Made by a program: the position numbers and the translations under genes
Part shown: one piece after another, positions 63,589 through 64,000 of the stretch
Position numbering within the stretch: position 1 is the stretch's first letter
Layout of the letters: each line of letters opens with the position of its first letter
The notes under the pieces: model-generated
The model's database searches: none
Told to the model about the DNA's origin: nothing
What the model saw: the letters and a program-made list of their open reading frames with translations, nothing else
Assembly: GCA_030704615.1 (NCBI GenBank)
Contig: CM060732.1
Span: forward strand, 55,428,001 to 55,492,000
Length of the DNA: 64,000 bases
Origin: Takakia lepidozioides
Taxonomy: Eukaryota > Plantae > Bryophyta
Direction: 5' to 3'

Positions 63589-64000
63589 CCTGCACAAATC
63601 ATGCATACATCCTCGCCTTGCTGCTAGCAGCTGACAATGACAGCCAAGTTCTATGACCCAAACCCAAAGTGAGCACAATGGCTTTGTAAGGCCAATGCCT
63701 ACAGGGCATATTCAATACTACAATGAGGATACGCAAGCAGCAGATACCATGTGCAAATAAAAAAACAACAAAGGTGGTGAAGGTGCGCAACCTGCCAAAG
63801 AGAGGGCGGAGTTGAGGAAGGATGAAGCAACTACAGACATTGCGAAATGCTCTGATGTGGGCAGAAGGGAAGACCCAGGCCCTGTCGGGGTTCAGCTGGC
63901 AAAAGAACAAGCTGCTGACAATCCATTGTGTATTGTCTTTGACCCATGGCCAGTATTGGTCTTTTGTTAGAACCGTTTAGACTAGGGGGTTGTGGTGCGA

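Overview
Nuclear DNA of a land plant, most likely non-seed and bryophyte-like (inferred from the TE lineages and gene content, not proven). More than half of the window is transposon-derived. Two intact spliced genes were reconstructed exon by exon: plastid threonine dehydratase (OMR1/ilvA, 9 exons, minus strand) and a chloroplast two-RRM ribonucleoprotein (4 exons, minus strand). Damaged host genes are a PQ-loop transporter 5' fragment, a frameshifted PLS-PPR-DYW editing factor, two further PPR relics, and a D-Ala-D-Ala ligase (DDL) copy cut mid-exon by LINE-derived DNA. Mobile elements: (i) a non-chromoviral Ty3/Gypsy element (1-~11755) with three Gag zinc knuckles, a ~1180-aa extra sense ORF after pol and two arrays of a shared CACAG motif; (ii) an internally deleted hAT-like element with piggyBac-looking CCCTTAA ends; (iii) a decayed Copia with a half-tRNA-type PBS, into which a complete Galadriel-like chromovirus is nested (TSD CCATG); (iv) two non-autonomous Helitrons, a tRNA-derived SINE-like element, LINE remnants with a 2A-like motif, a Helentron-type endonuclease relic, and LTR/CACTA fragments. 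The best candidate for an undescribed system is the Gypsy extra ORF together with the paired CACAG arrays, a possible self-encoded sequence-specific regulator or anti-silencing module. A near-perfect 39-bp hairpin at 19129-19225 is a small-RNA precursor candidate.
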